DNA from: Candidatus Delongbacteria bacterium
GTDB lineage: Bacteria; CAIWAD01
NCBI GenBank assembly: GCA_963663545.1
Contig: OY760505.1
Location: 2,464,001-2,528,000, forward strand
DNA: 64,000 nucleotides
Reading direction: 5' to 3'
Part shown: positions 37,786 to 46,876 of the stretch, piece after piece
How positions within the stretch are numbered: position 1 is the first letter of the stretch
Layout: every line of letters starts with the position of its first letter
Notes under the pieces: generated by a model
What the model was told of the DNA's origin: nothing
Databases searched by the model: none
Seen by the model: the letters and a program-made list of their open reading frames with translations, nothing else
Translations under genes and position numbers: made by a program

Positions 37786-38859
37786 ATGAGCGCGCGTGTG
37801 CTGGTGGCCATGTCCGGAGGTGTGGATTCTTCTGTTGCAGCGGGAATGCTGCAGCGGATGGGCTACGCCGTTGAGGGTCTGACCTTTCAGCTTGATTCAA
37901 GCTGCTCTTTCAAGGGAGATCCGTTGGTGGATTCTGCGCGCGTTTGCGATCACCTGGGGATTGTGCATCACGTCATGGACCTGAGCGCGCCCTTCCGCGA
38001 ACAGGTGCAGCAGGATTTTGTCGACAACTATCTACAGGGCATGACACCCAATCCATGCGTGGTCTGCAACCGGCGCATCAAATGGGAATACATGCTGCGC
38101 AAGGCAGACGAGCTGGGTATCGAGCATGTTGCAACCGGCCACTATGTGCGTGTGACTCAAACCTTAGCTGGACCTCAACTACTACGTGGGGTGGAAGCGC
38201 GCAAGGATCAGAGTTACGCATTGTGGCGTATCACGCCATCCGCATTGCGGCGTACGCTGCTGCCGCTGGGCACACTGAGTAAAAGCGAAGTTCGGGCACT
38301 GGCGCTGGAACTTGATCTTCCGGTAGCCCAGAAGGGCGAGAGTCAGGATATCTGCTTTGTTCCCGATGGTGAGTACCGTGAGTTTCTGCGGGAGTTTGCT
38401 CCGCGTGATACAGAGCATATTTCGCCTGGTGAAATCATCGGTCCCGAGGGCAATGTCGTAGGGCGTCATCATGGCTTGCCCTACTACACCGTCGGGCAGA
38501 GACGCGGATTGCATGTCGCCCTGGGGAAGCCGGTCTATGTCGTAGAGTTGGATGTGGCCAACAATCAGCTACTGCTGGCCTGGGAAGAAGGTCTGCGACG
38601 TCCGGCACTCCTGGCGCGTGATGCAAATTGGCTTATCGATGTGCCAGCAGAGCCGCTGCACTGTCTGGCGGCGATCCGTTATCATGACATAGGAACGCGC
38701 GCGCTGGTCCGGCCACTGGCGGCGGGCGAGTTGCGCGTGGAGTTCGATCAGCCCCGCCGGGCCATAGCGCCTGGCCAGAGCGTGGTCTTCTACGAGGGCG
38801 AGCGTCTGCTGGGGGGAGCCGTGATTCAGCAGGCCTTGCGCGAGGAGCAGAAAGCATGA
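37786..38859 (+). CDS. mnmA: tRNA 2-thiouridine(34) synthase
   Basis: Motifs 'AMSGGVDSS', 'TPNPCVVCN', 'ATGHY', 'KDQSY', 'ESQDICF', 'YTVGQRRG' and 'PGQ'. Confidence 0.95.
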   Translation: MSARVLVAMSGGVDSSVAAGMLQRMGYAVEGLTFQLDSSCSFKGDPLVDSARVCDHLGIVHHVMDLSAPFREQVQQDFVDNYLQGMTPNPCVVCNRRIKWEYMLRKADELGIEHVATGHYVRVTQTLAGPQLLRGVEARKDQSYALWRITPSALRRTLLPLGTLSKSEVRALALELDLPVAQKGESQDICFVPDGEYREFLREFAPRDTEHISPGEIIGPEGNVVGRHHGLPYYTVGQRRGLHVALGKPVYVVELDVANNQLLLAWEEGLRRPALLARDANWLIDVPAEPLHCLAAIRYHDIGTRALVRPLAAGELRVEFDQPRRAIAPGQSVVFYEGERLLGGAVIQQALREEQKA

Positions 38860-39668
38860 GCAAGGAACAACGTCAGCGTCCCAACACGGTCCCGCGACTG
38901 GTGGCGCGTGCCGCCCGTGGCGAGAAACTGGTGGTGCTGACGGCTTACGATGCGCTGTTTGCCCGCATACAAGACGAGGCGGGTGTGGACATCCTGTTGG
39001 TGGGGGATTCCGTGGGCAATGTCTACGGTGGCCATCGCGATACACTCAAGGTGACACTGGAGCAGATGTTGTATCACACTGCATGCGTGTCACGTGGCGT
39101 ACAGCGTGCGCTGGTTGTCGGTGACATGCCCTTCATGTCGGTCCAGACAAGCGAGCGTGATGCACTTGTTGCCTGCGGTCGCATGATTGCCGAGGGCGGA
39201 GCCGCCGCGGTCAAGATCGAGGGGGGCACACACATGGCCGCCACAATCCGCCGCTTGGTGGAATGTGGCATTCCAGTGATGGGACACATCGGCCTGACGC
39301 CACAGAGCATTCACAAGCTGGGTAGCTGGAGCACACGCGGACGCGATCAGGAAGAGGCTGCACGCCTACTGGAGGACGCCCGACAGTTGCAACAAGCCGG
39401 CTGCTTCAGCATTGTGCTTGAGAAAGTCGAACCCGGTCTGGCCGCGCGTATCACAGAGGAGCTCGACATTCCCACTATCGGCATCGGCAGCGGTGTAGAC
39501 TGTAATGGCCAGGTGCTGGTAAACATGGACATGCTGGGGCTCTTCGAAGACTTCAAACCCGCCTTCGTCCGGCATTTCGCTACGCTTTCCGCAGATGTAC
39601 GAAAGGCGGTGGACGAGTACTCGCGCGCGGTTCGCGAGGGCAGCTTTCCCGGTCCCGACGAGGTATAG
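38856..39668 (+). CDS. panB: 3-methyl-2-oxobutanoate hydroxymethyltransferase
   Basis: Motifs 'LTAYD', 'LVGDS', 'DMPF', 'VKIEGG', 'GHIGLTPQ' and 'PTIGIG'. Confidence 0.95.
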   Translation: MSKEQRQRPNTVPRLVARAARGEKLVVLTAYDALFARIQDEAGVDILLVGDSVGNVYGGHRDTLKVTLEQMLYHTACVSRGVQRALVVGDMPFMSVQTSERDALVACGRMIAEGGAAAVKIEGGTHMAATIRRLVECGIPVMGHIGLTPQSIHKLGSWSTRGRDQEEAARLLEDARQLQQAGCFSIVLEKVEPGLAARITEELDIPTIGIGSGVDCNGQVLVNMDMLGLFEDFKPAFVRHFATLSADVRKAVDEYSRAVREGSFPGPDEV

Positions 39669-39670
39669 CC

Positions 39671-40564
39671 ATGCTGAAGTGTATCACGAATCTTGCTGAG
39701 ATGCAGCTGCACGCAGCAGAACTGAAGTCCAGCGGAAAGCGCATTGGCCTGGTGCCTACGATGGGCGCACTGCACGAAGGGCACCTCTCGCTGATGCGTC
39801 ACCTGCGCCAGCACTGTGATTCGCTGTGGGTGAGCATTTTTGTCAATCCGGCGCAATTCGGTCCCAGCGAAGACTTGGCCCGTTATCCACGCACTCTCGA
39901 GCGCGACCTTGCTCTTTGCGAAAGCGTGGGTGTCGACGGTGTGTTACACCCGGATCCGGCCGATGTGTATCCCCAGGACTTTGGTACCTGGGTTGTGCCC
40001 AATGAGGCCGCCGGTCGCTACTGCGGCGCTAGCCGTCCGGGTCATTTCCGTGGTGTGCTAACCATTGTACTGCGCCTCTTCATGTGGACTCGCTGCGACT
40101 GCGCCATTTTCGGCCGCAAGGACGCGCAACAACTTTGGCTCATCGAGCGCATGGTACGCGATCTGGCGTTGCCGGTGGAGATCCACGAGGGCGATCTGGT
40201 ACGTGAAGCCGACGGTCTGGCCCTATCCAGCCGCAATGCCTATTTGAGCCCGGAGCAGCGCGCGCATGCATTGGTTCTTCATCAAGCATTAAAGCTGGCT
40301 TGTGAACTTGTCGAACAGGGAGAAGGCCTCGAGCACGCACTGCGTGAAGCGTGGCAAAAGCTACGTACGGCTACCGGTGTTGAGTTGGAATACCTGCACG
40401 CCGTCGATTGGCGTACGCTGGACAGTCTGGGCGAAGCCGGTCGGATGGGGTTGCGCATGCATCCCGCCGTCGGTGATACAACGCGTCTGCTGTTTCTGGT
40501 GGCCGCACGAGTAGGACAAACCCGATTGATTGACAACGTGAGCGTGAACTGCAAAGGGGAATAA
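39671..40564 (+). CDS. panC: Pantoate--beta-alanine ligase
   Basis: Motifs 'VPTMGALHEGH', 'SIFVNPAQF', 'RPGHFRGV', 'FGRKD.QQ', 'GLALSSRN' and 'RLIDN'. Confidence 0.95.
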   Translation: MLKCITNLAEMQLHAAELKSSGKRIGLVPTMGALHEGHLSLMRHLRQHCDSLWVSIFVNPAQFGPSEDLARYPRTLERDLALCESVGVDGVLHPDPADVYPQDFGTWVVPNEAAGRYCGASRPGHFRGVLTIVLRLFMWTRCDCAIFGRKDAQQLWLIERMVRDLALPVEIHEGDLVREADGLALSSRNAYLSPEQRAHALVLHQALKLACELVEQGEGLEHALREAWQKLRTATGVELEYLHAVDWRTLDSLGEAGRMGLRMHPAVGDTTRLLFLVAARVGQTRLIDNVSVNCKGE

Positions 40565-40565
40565 A

Positions 40566-41309
40566 ATGTCGAAGGAATTGTCCGTAATCATACTGGCCGC
40601 CGGTAAGGGCACTCGCATGAAGAGCGATCTGGCCAAGGTGTTGCACCCTGCGCTGGGCCGTCCGCTCATCGATTGGGTCATTGACCAGGCGGACGCCGCC
40701 GGAGCTGGCCGCCGTGTTGTGGTGGTCGGTCACCAGCGAGAAGCCGTGATGGACGCGGTACGGGCGCGCGGTGTCGAGTTCGCCGTGCAGGCAGAGCAAC
40801 TTGGAACAGGTCACGCAGTGCAGATGTGCGCCGGACAATTCCGGGATCAGGGCGGCGAGGTGATCGTGCTTTCAGGCGATGTGCCGCTGCTGTCGGCCAA
40901 TACACTGAAGGCGCTGGTCGCCCAGCATCGCGATTCGGGTGACAAGGCCACTGTGTTGACTGCGCTTTTTGAGGACCCCACCGGCTATGGCCGTTTGATT
41001 CGCGACGCTTCCGGTCGTGTGCAGCGCATCGTTGAGCAGAAGGACGCTTCGCCCGACGAGCTGGCCGTAAAAGAAATCAATTCAGGCATCTACGTTTTCG
41101 ACGTGGCCGCACTCTTTACCTACATCCAGCGTCTGGACCAGAACAACGCCCAGGGCGAACTCTACCTCACGGACGTCGTACGACATCTGGTTCAGGACGG
41201 CGAGCCCGTGGGAGCGTTATTGGCCGGAGATCCCGAAGAAATCCAGGGCGTAAATACGGTTGAGCAGCTGGCGGCTGTAGAGACGGCGCTCAAGAGTCAG
41301 CAGGGCTGA
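40566..41309 (+). CDS. GlmU-like uridyltransferase, N-terminal domain only
   Basis: Motifs 'LAAGKGTRMKS', 'QLGTGHAV', 'GYGR', 'EINSG', 'NAQGELYLTD' and 'GVN'. It ends at 247 aa without the hexapeptide acetyltransferase domain. Confidence 0.85.
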   Translation: MSKELSVIILAAGKGTRMKSDLAKVLHPALGRPLIDWVIDQADAAGAGRRVVVVGHQREAVMDAVRARGVEFAVQAEQLGTGHAVQMCAGQFRDQGGEVIVLSGDVPLLSANTLKALVAQHRDSGDKATVLTALFEDPTGYGRLIRDASGRVQRIVEQKDASPDELAVKEINSGIYVFDVAALFTYIQRLDQNNAQGELYLTDVVRHLVQDGEPVGALLAGDPEEIQGVNTVEQLAAVETALKSQQG

Positions 41310-41400
41310 GCTTCTATTACAATTAGGAACCATTGAACCGACTCCCCGTTTGATAATGCTGCGTCCATTCCTTTATTTGACACGGATTTCCGGAGGTGGC

Positions 41401-41868
41401 ATGCGTAGAGTATTGCTTGGTGTTCTGACGTTGGCGTTTGCAGCTCCGCTGTGGGCGCAATTCCGTCAACAGCCTTCATCAGGTTCGCTATCGGGCGTGG
41501 TCCTGGACCCGTCCTTTGAGGTGAATTACGCGCGTCCGCTGCTCGACCCTTCCCGAATGGAATTCCATCAGACCGTGTCGGCGGGCTATTGCTCTTCCCA
41601 ATACGGCAGCGCGAGTTCCACCACCTGGATGGGGCAGTTGGACTACGCTTTGCGCAAGAACATGGATCTACGCCTCCACCTGGGAGTCAACAGGTTGCTG
41701 CACAATACTACGCCCTGGGGAGAGACAGGGAATAGTCTGGTCGGAGGGGCGGAGTTCACCTGGAATCCGCGTCCCGACGTGCAGATCGGCATCGCCGCGT
41801 ATCACGGCATGGTGCCGAGTAGTTGGTATCGTTCCTCTCCCTGGTATAAGTATCCATCCCAACGTTGA
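41401..41868 (+). CDS. Secreted hypothetical protein
   Basis: GGAGG RBS before ATG 41401, signal peptide 'MRRVLL...LWA' and a beta-rich body. Confidence 0.6.
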   Translation: MRRVLLGVLTLAFAAPLWAQFRQQPSSGSLSGVVLDPSFEVNYARPLLDPSRMEFHQTVSAGYCSSQYGSASSTTWMGQLDYALRKNMDLRLHLGVNRLLHNTTPWGETGNSLVGGAEFTWNPRPDVQIGIAAYHGMVPSSWYRSSPWYKYPSQR

Positions 41869-41896
41869 CCCGTGAGGGGCGATGGGGTCAGGACCC

Positions 41897-42595
41897 ATGA
41901 AACGAACTTCCTCCCAACCGATGGACCTTCCACAGGTACGGGCCGCTGGCGGTCTGTTGCCGTGGTTTCTGGTTGTCATCAGTCTGTTGAATACGGCACT
42001 GTTGCTGGTGCTGCTGCTGCGTGATCCCGCATCGGCAAAGCAAGAGACGGGCATTCACACGCGGCAACAGCAAAGCGAAGAAGCCGGACTCGTCGTTCAC
42101 AGCGAGAAAGGGGCTCCCCGCACGGAACACACGCCGGAGGTGGAACCCGAGGTCCTTGTGAGTCGCGAAGCCGTGCACGAGCAGCAAGCGGTGACTGAGC
42201 CCGTCGACGAGCCCGAGCTCGCCGATGACGAAATGACGGGCCATCTCGCGTCGACCTCTCCGCCCGAGAACGATCCGCCCGCTTTTCAGCCCGGGGGTAT
42301 TCGCCTGCAGGTACTCAACGGTACGGAAACGGCGCGCCTGGCCGCAAAGGCCGGGGATCTGCTGCAACGACAGGGCTTTGATGTGCGCGAAGTGGGCAAC
42401 GCGCGCCACAAGCCGGTCGCGGCCAGCTATATCGTCCGCCGCCAGGGCAGCGAGCCGATGGCGCGTTGGCTGGCAGCGCAGTTGGGCTTGGAAGCCACAC
42501 AGATCAGGCACCTGCCCGATTCCGATTTGCCCGATGTGGATCTCAGCCTGGTGCTGGGAACGGATCACGACAGGTTGCGACTCGAAGGACGCTAG
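41897..42595 (+). CDS. Membrane-anchored LytR C-terminal domain protein
   Basis: TM helix, acidic/Pro linker, then 'QVLNGT...LA...L...GF.V..VGNA' and 'LVLGTD'. It precedes rsfS, a common arrangement. Confidence 0.8.
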   Translation: MKRTSSQPMDLPQVRAAGGLLPWFLVVISLLNTALLLVLLLRDPASAKQETGIHTRQQQSEEAGLVVHSEKGAPRTEHTPEVEPEVLVSREAVHEQQAVTEPVDEPELADDEMTGHLASTSPPENDPPAFQPGGIRLQVLNGTETARLAAKAGDLLQRQGFDVREVGNARHKPVAASYIVRRQGSEPMARWLAAQLGLEATQIRHLPDSDLPDVDLSLVLGTDHDRLRLEGR

Positions 42596-42645
42596 CGAGT
42601 GTTCGCTAGCCCTGCATTCTTCGAGGTTCAAAAGGAGTTAAGCTG

Positions 42646-43062
42646 TTGAAAGCTATTTACCTGGCGCGCAAAATCGCCCGTATGGCCTGGGCCCGCAAGG
42701 CAGAGGATGTGGTCATTCTTGATGTGCGCGGTCTGACCGATGCCACGGATTTTTTCGTCATTGCCACCGGTACGGTTGGCATGCACGTTCGTGCCATCAC
42801 CGATTTCGTCTCCTCCGAGGCGAGCCAAATGGGCGAGAAGCCCTACGTCACCGAAAAAGATAGCGACGAGTGGATGGTGGTCGATTTTGTGGACGTCACT
42901 TTCCACTGCTTCCAGCCGCAGAAACGCGCGCACTACGACCTGGAGCACCTGTGGTGCGATGGCGTGCGCATGCCGGTGAATCCGGCTACTGGAACAGCGT
43001 TGAGCCTGAAGGAAGCCAAGGCCGCTTTTGTATCACATCATTCCCGGGAGAAGGCAGAATGA
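42646..43062 (+). CDS. rsfS: Ribosome silencing factor RsfS/Iojap
   Basis: Motifs 'KAEDVVILDV', 'DFFVIAT', 'WMVVDFVDV..H' and 'YDLE.LW'. TTG start with an AAGGAG RBS. Confidence 0.88.
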   Translation: MKAIYLARKIARMAWARKAEDVVILDVRGLTDATDFFVIATGTVGMHVRAITDFVSSEASQMGEKPYVTEKDSDEWMVVDFVDVTFHCFQPQKRAHYDLEHLWCDGVRMPVNPATGTALSLKEAKAAFVSHHSREKAE

Positions 43063-43973
43063 GCTGGCCCGTACTTATTGTTGGATCGACGGCGCTGGAT
43101 AGTGTGGAAACCCCCGCTGGCAAGGTGAATGACGCCCTTGGAGGTAGTGCCTTCTTTTCGGCTGCCGCTGCCAGTTTTACTGCGCCCGTTCATCTGGTCG
43201 GAGTCGTGGGCGATGATTTCGCCCTTGAGCAGCTTGATTTCCTCAAGCAGCGTGGTGTCGACCTGACGGGGTTACAGGTTGTGCCTGGTGGTAAAACTTT
43301 CCGCTGGGGTGGCCGCTATCACGAGCATTTGAATCACCGTGATACACTGTTCACCGAGCTTGGCGTTTTTGAGTCCTTCGATCCCGTGATACCGGATCAC
43401 GCTGCCGAGGGTCCGCTAGTACTGCTGGCCAATATCCAGCCTTCGCTGCAATTGCGTGTGCTAGACCAGATTCGCAACCCGCGTGCGGTAGTCACCGACA
43501 CCATGAATCTGTGGATCAACATCGACCTTTCGGGCCTCAAGGAAGTCATCAAGCGCACGGACATCCTGATCATCAACGATCAGGAGGCGCAGATGCTCAC
43601 CAATGAGCAGAACTTGTTGCGTGCCGGTCGCAAACTGCAAACCTGGGGACCGCGTACCCTTGTGGTCAAGAAGGGCGAGCACGGTGCGGTGCTGTTGAAT
43701 GGTCAGGACGTGCTGTGCGCAACCGCCTGGCCGCTTGAGAACGTGGTAGATCCCACCGGTGCTGGTGATACATTTGCTGGCGGCTTCATTGGTGCGCTGG
43801 CTGCTGCAGGCGAAATCAGTGATCGCACACTGCGTGCAGCACTGGCTCGCGGCACGGTTTTGGCCTCCTACTGCTGCGAAGATTTCTCTTTGAACCGGCT
43901 GTCCAAGTTGCAGCCGGAAGAAATCGCTTCGCGCCTGGAGCAATTCCGTCAACTCACGGACTTCGCGCTCTAA
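43059..43973 (+). CDS. PfkB-family sugar/nucleoside kinase
   Basis: Motifs 'VGSTALDSVETP', 'LGGSA', 'DTMNLWI', 'KKGEHGA' and 'DPTGAGDTFAGG'. The ATG at 43059 overlaps the rsfS stop. Confidence 0.88.
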   Translation: MSWPVLIVGSTALDSVETPAGKVNDALGGSAFFSAAAASFTAPVHLVGVVGDDFALEQLDFLKQRGVDLTGLQVVPGGKTFRWGGRYHEHLNHRDTLFTELGVFESFDPVIPDHAAEGPLVLLANIQPSLQLRVLDQIRNPRAVVTDTMNLWINIDLSGLKEVIKRTDILIINDQEAQMLTNEQNLLRAGRKLQTWGPRTLVVKKGEHGAVLLNGQDVLCATAWPLENVVDPTGAGDTFAGGFIGALAAAGEISDRTLRAALARGTVLASYCCEDFSLNRLSKLQPEEIASRLEQFRQLTDFAL

Positions 43974-44992
43974 TGGATCCGTTGCGCTGGCAGGAGGATC
44001 ACTTGTTGATCGTCGATCAGACCGCTCTTCCACGTGAGTTCCGGGAGATCTCCGTGAACCGTGTAGAGCGTCTGGTGCATGCCATTGCGCAGCTTGAAGT
44101 GCGCGGCGCGCCGGCCATTGGTCTGGCGGGCGCTTATGGCGTGGCACTGGCTTGTCGCGAGGCAGAGCCTTGTGACACATCCTTTGCCGAACGTGTTTTT
44201 GAGCTAACAGAGGCCATTGCTAGCGCGAGACCCACGGCGGTAAATCTGCGCTGGGCTGTATCACAAGTGTTGGCGCTGCTTCGTGACACACCTGTTGAAG
44301 AGTGGCATGCACGCGCGCTTGCCGGGGCGGAGCGAATCCATCGCGAAGACCGTGCAGCTTGTGAGGCCATGTCGGCCTTTGGTGCTGAGCTGATCCGAGA
44401 TGGCGGTCGCTATGTGACACACTGTAATGCAGGACCTCTTGCGACTAGCGGGCATGGAACCGCGCTTGGTGTTTTTATTAGCGCTCACCGCCAGGGACGC
44501 CGTTTTGAAGTAATAGTGGATGAGACTCGTCCGCTGCTGCAAGGCGCGCGTCTGACGGCCTGGGAGCTGATGGAAGCAGGCATTCCCTGTCGCCTGATTA
44601 CAGATTCGATGGCCGCTGCAGCCATGTCCAGATTGGGCGTGGACGCGGTCTTTTTTGGAGCAGACCGTATTGCGCGTAATGGTGATACGGCCAATAAAAT
44701 CGGCAGTTACGGCTTGGCTGTTTCCGCCGCCTATCACCAGATTCCTGTGTACGCAGTGGCGCCCCTGTCCACGGTGGATGTACATTGCAGTAACGGCGAA
44801 GCCATTCCAGTTGAGGAGCGCGCCGCCGCTGAAGTGAGGGGCTACAAGGAGGTGTGCTGGGCACCAAAGGACGTCAAGGTGTGGAATCCGGCTTTCGACG
44901 TTGTGCCCGCCAGCCTGCTGACCGGGATCATTACAGAGTTGGGTCTGACAGAGCCTCACGCTCTGCAGGACCAGATAAACGGGAGACATTGA
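43973..44992 (+). CDS. mtnA: S-methyl-5-thioribose-1-phosphate isomerase
   Basis: Motifs 'VRGAPAIG', 'RPTAVNL', 'THCNAG.LAT', 'ETRPLLQGARLTAWE', 'NKIG' and 'NPAFDV'. Confidence 0.93.
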   Translation: MDPLRWQEDHLLIVDQTALPREFREISVNRVERLVHAIAQLEVRGAPAIGLAGAYGVALACREAEPCDTSFAERVFELTEAIASARPTAVNLRWAVSQVLALLRDTPVEEWHARALAGAERIHREDRAACEAMSAFGAELIRDGGRYVTHCNAGPLATSGHGTALGVFISAHRQGRRFEVIVDETRPLLQGARLTAWELMEAGIPCRLITDSMAAAAMSRLGVDAVFFGADRIARNGDTANKIGSYGLAVSAAYHQIPVYAVAPLSTVDVHCSNGEAIPVEERAAAEVRGYKEVCWAPKDVKVWNPAFDVVPASLLTGIITELGLTEPHALQDQINGRH

Positions 44993-44993
44993 G

Positions 44994-46166
44994 ATGAAGT
45001 GCAGAACCGCCTTTGGTATTACTGTGCTGACGCTGTGCGTCACGGTTGCGGCATTTGCCAAATCCGTGGAATTGACCTCGGCCAAGGTCTACTTCAACCA
45101 GGGCGACAAGTTTCAGGCGCTAACGTGGCTGGAAAATGCAGACAGCAAGAACACGGGCGAAGCCGAAGTCTACACAATGATGGTAGAGATCTACGGCGAC
45201 CTGGGACGCTATGATGAGATGAACGCTGCCTTTGCCAAGATCGATGGCTGCAAAGATAAAGCGAGCAAACTGAAGAAGTTCAGAGAGCGCGCTGACAATT
45301 ACATCAAGGGCCTTTGGGTCCCCAAGGCCAACAGTTCCATCGCCATCATCGACGGTGTGGACGAGCTGCTTGCAGCAGGTGATACCGCCGCTGTGACGAA
45401 TGCCTTCGCTGAAGCTCGCAAGGGCTTTGAACACGCACTACGCATTGTTCCTTACAGTGCAGATTTGCAGCAGTATCTGGGGAACACCTTTGTCGAAGAG
45501 TACAACATGCTCTATGGCAACACCGAACCCGGCTACGAGGTGTTGCGAGGCAGTGTGCCCCATTTCAACGGCCTGGTTGAGCAGTATCCCGATTCGATGC
45601 AGTATGTCGAGACACTGGTCCAGATTCTGTTTACCCTGAAGGACTACGAGCGCGTATACACGCTGACCAGCGGGCTGCTGGAGACCCATCCTGAAGAATC
45701 CTTTCTGCTGACCTACGCTGGAAAGGCGCGCATCAAGCAGTCGCTCGCCATCAAAGACGAACAGCCTGAGCAGTCTGCTGAGTACAAGAAAGAGGCCGTT
45801 GAGCTGATGAAGCGTAGCCGGGCACTGGATCCCGAGGATCCGATGCTGGCCTACAATGTGGCGCTTCTGTACCAAGAGCTGGGCCGGTATTCTGATGCAC
45901 TCGCTGCCTATGCAAGCACAGCGGAGCTCGCTGGTGAGAACAACGAGCTCAAGGTGGAAGCCTACCGCATGATGGGCTACATCTGTCTTGAGAAGATGGA
46001 TCCTAGCGATCCGGCCCGTGCGGTCACCTATTTCGATGAGGCGCTGTTGCTGGCTCCGACGAACAACGAGATCAAGAACAATCTTGGTGTTGCGCTGATT
46101 CGTTCCGGTGGCGCCGATAACATCGCGCGGGGTTCGCAGCTGATCAACGAGGCTACCGGTCAGTGA
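44994..46166 (+). CDS. Secreted tetratricopeptide-repeat protein
   Basis: Signal peptide and helical repeats ('ALDPEDP..AYN.A..Y', 'ALLLAP.N....NNLG'). Confidence 0.75.
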   Translation: MKCRTAFGITVLTLCVTVAAFAKSVELTSAKVYFNQGDKFQALTWLENADSKNTGEAEVYTMMVEIYGDLGRYDEMNAAFAKIDGCKDKASKLKKFRERADNYIKGLWVPKANSSIAIIDGVDELLAAGDTAAVTNAFAEARKGFEHALRIVPYSADLQQYLGNTFVEEYNMLYGNTEPGYEVLRGSVPHFNGLVEQYPDSMQYVETLVQILFTLKDYERVYTLTSGLLETHPEESFLLTYAGKARIKQSLAIKDEQPEQSAEYKKEAVELMKRSRALDPEDPMLAYNVALLYQELGRYSDALAAYASTAELAGENNELKVEAYRMMGYICLEKMDPSDPARAVTYFDEALLLAPTNNEIKNNLGVALIRSGGADNIARGSQLINEATGQ

Positions 46167-46876
46167 AAGCCGGAGACGCACGCCTGCCCCGTCATGTGGC
46201 CATTATCATGGATGGCAACGGACGCTGGGCCAAGCAACGTGGCTTGCCGCGAGTGGCAGGGCACCACGAAGGCGTGCACTCTGTGCGTGAAATTGTAGAA
46301 GTGGCGGGTGAGCTCGGGCTGTCCGAGCTCACCCTTTATACTTTCAGCAGCGAGAACTGGCGCCGTCCAGCTCTCGAGGTTAACGCCTTGATGCAGCTGT
46401 TGCTAACTACCATCGGTAGGGAAGTGGATCGTCTGGATCGCAATCAGGTACGTCTGGACTTGATCGGTGATTTGAAGGCCCTTCCCGATGCGCCCCGCAA
46501 GGCATTGGTCAAAGCAATGGAGCAGACGGCGGACAACACAGGGCTGCGGTTGACGCTGGCCCTCAATTACGGTGGACGCCAGGAAATTCTGCAAGCGGTC
46601 AATCGACTGCTGCACGAAGGTGTATCACAAATCGACGAAGATGGCTTTGGCCGCTACCTTTACACCGCTGGCCGTCCGGATCCGGATCTATTGATTCGCA
46701 CCGGCGGCGAAATGCGCGTTTCCAATTTCCTCCTCTGGCAAATCGCCTACACCGAACTTTACGTCAGTGAAGCCCTTTGGCCCGATTTCCGGCGCGAGCA
46801 CCTTCTCACGGCTCTAGAGTCCTACGCCAACCGCGAGCGTCGCTTCGGACAGACATCCGAGCAAGTATCACGATGA
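46163..46876 (+). CDS. uppS: Undecaprenyl diphosphate synthase
   Basis: Motifs 'HVAIIMDGNGRWA', 'FSSENWRRP', 'NYGGR', 'IRTGGEMRVSNFLLWQ' and 'RRFG'. Confidence 0.95.
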   Translation: MKAGDARLPRHVAIIMDGNGRWAKQRGLPRVAGHHEGVHSVREIVEVAGELGLSELTLYTFSSENWRRPALEVNALMQLLLTTIGREVDRLDRNQVRLDLIGDLKALPDAPRKALVKAMEQTADNTGLRLTLALNYGGRQEILQAVNRLLHEGVSQIDEDGFGRYLYTAGRPDPDLLIRTGGEMRVSNFLLWQIAYTELYVSEALWPDFRREHLLTALESYANRERRFGQTSEQVSR

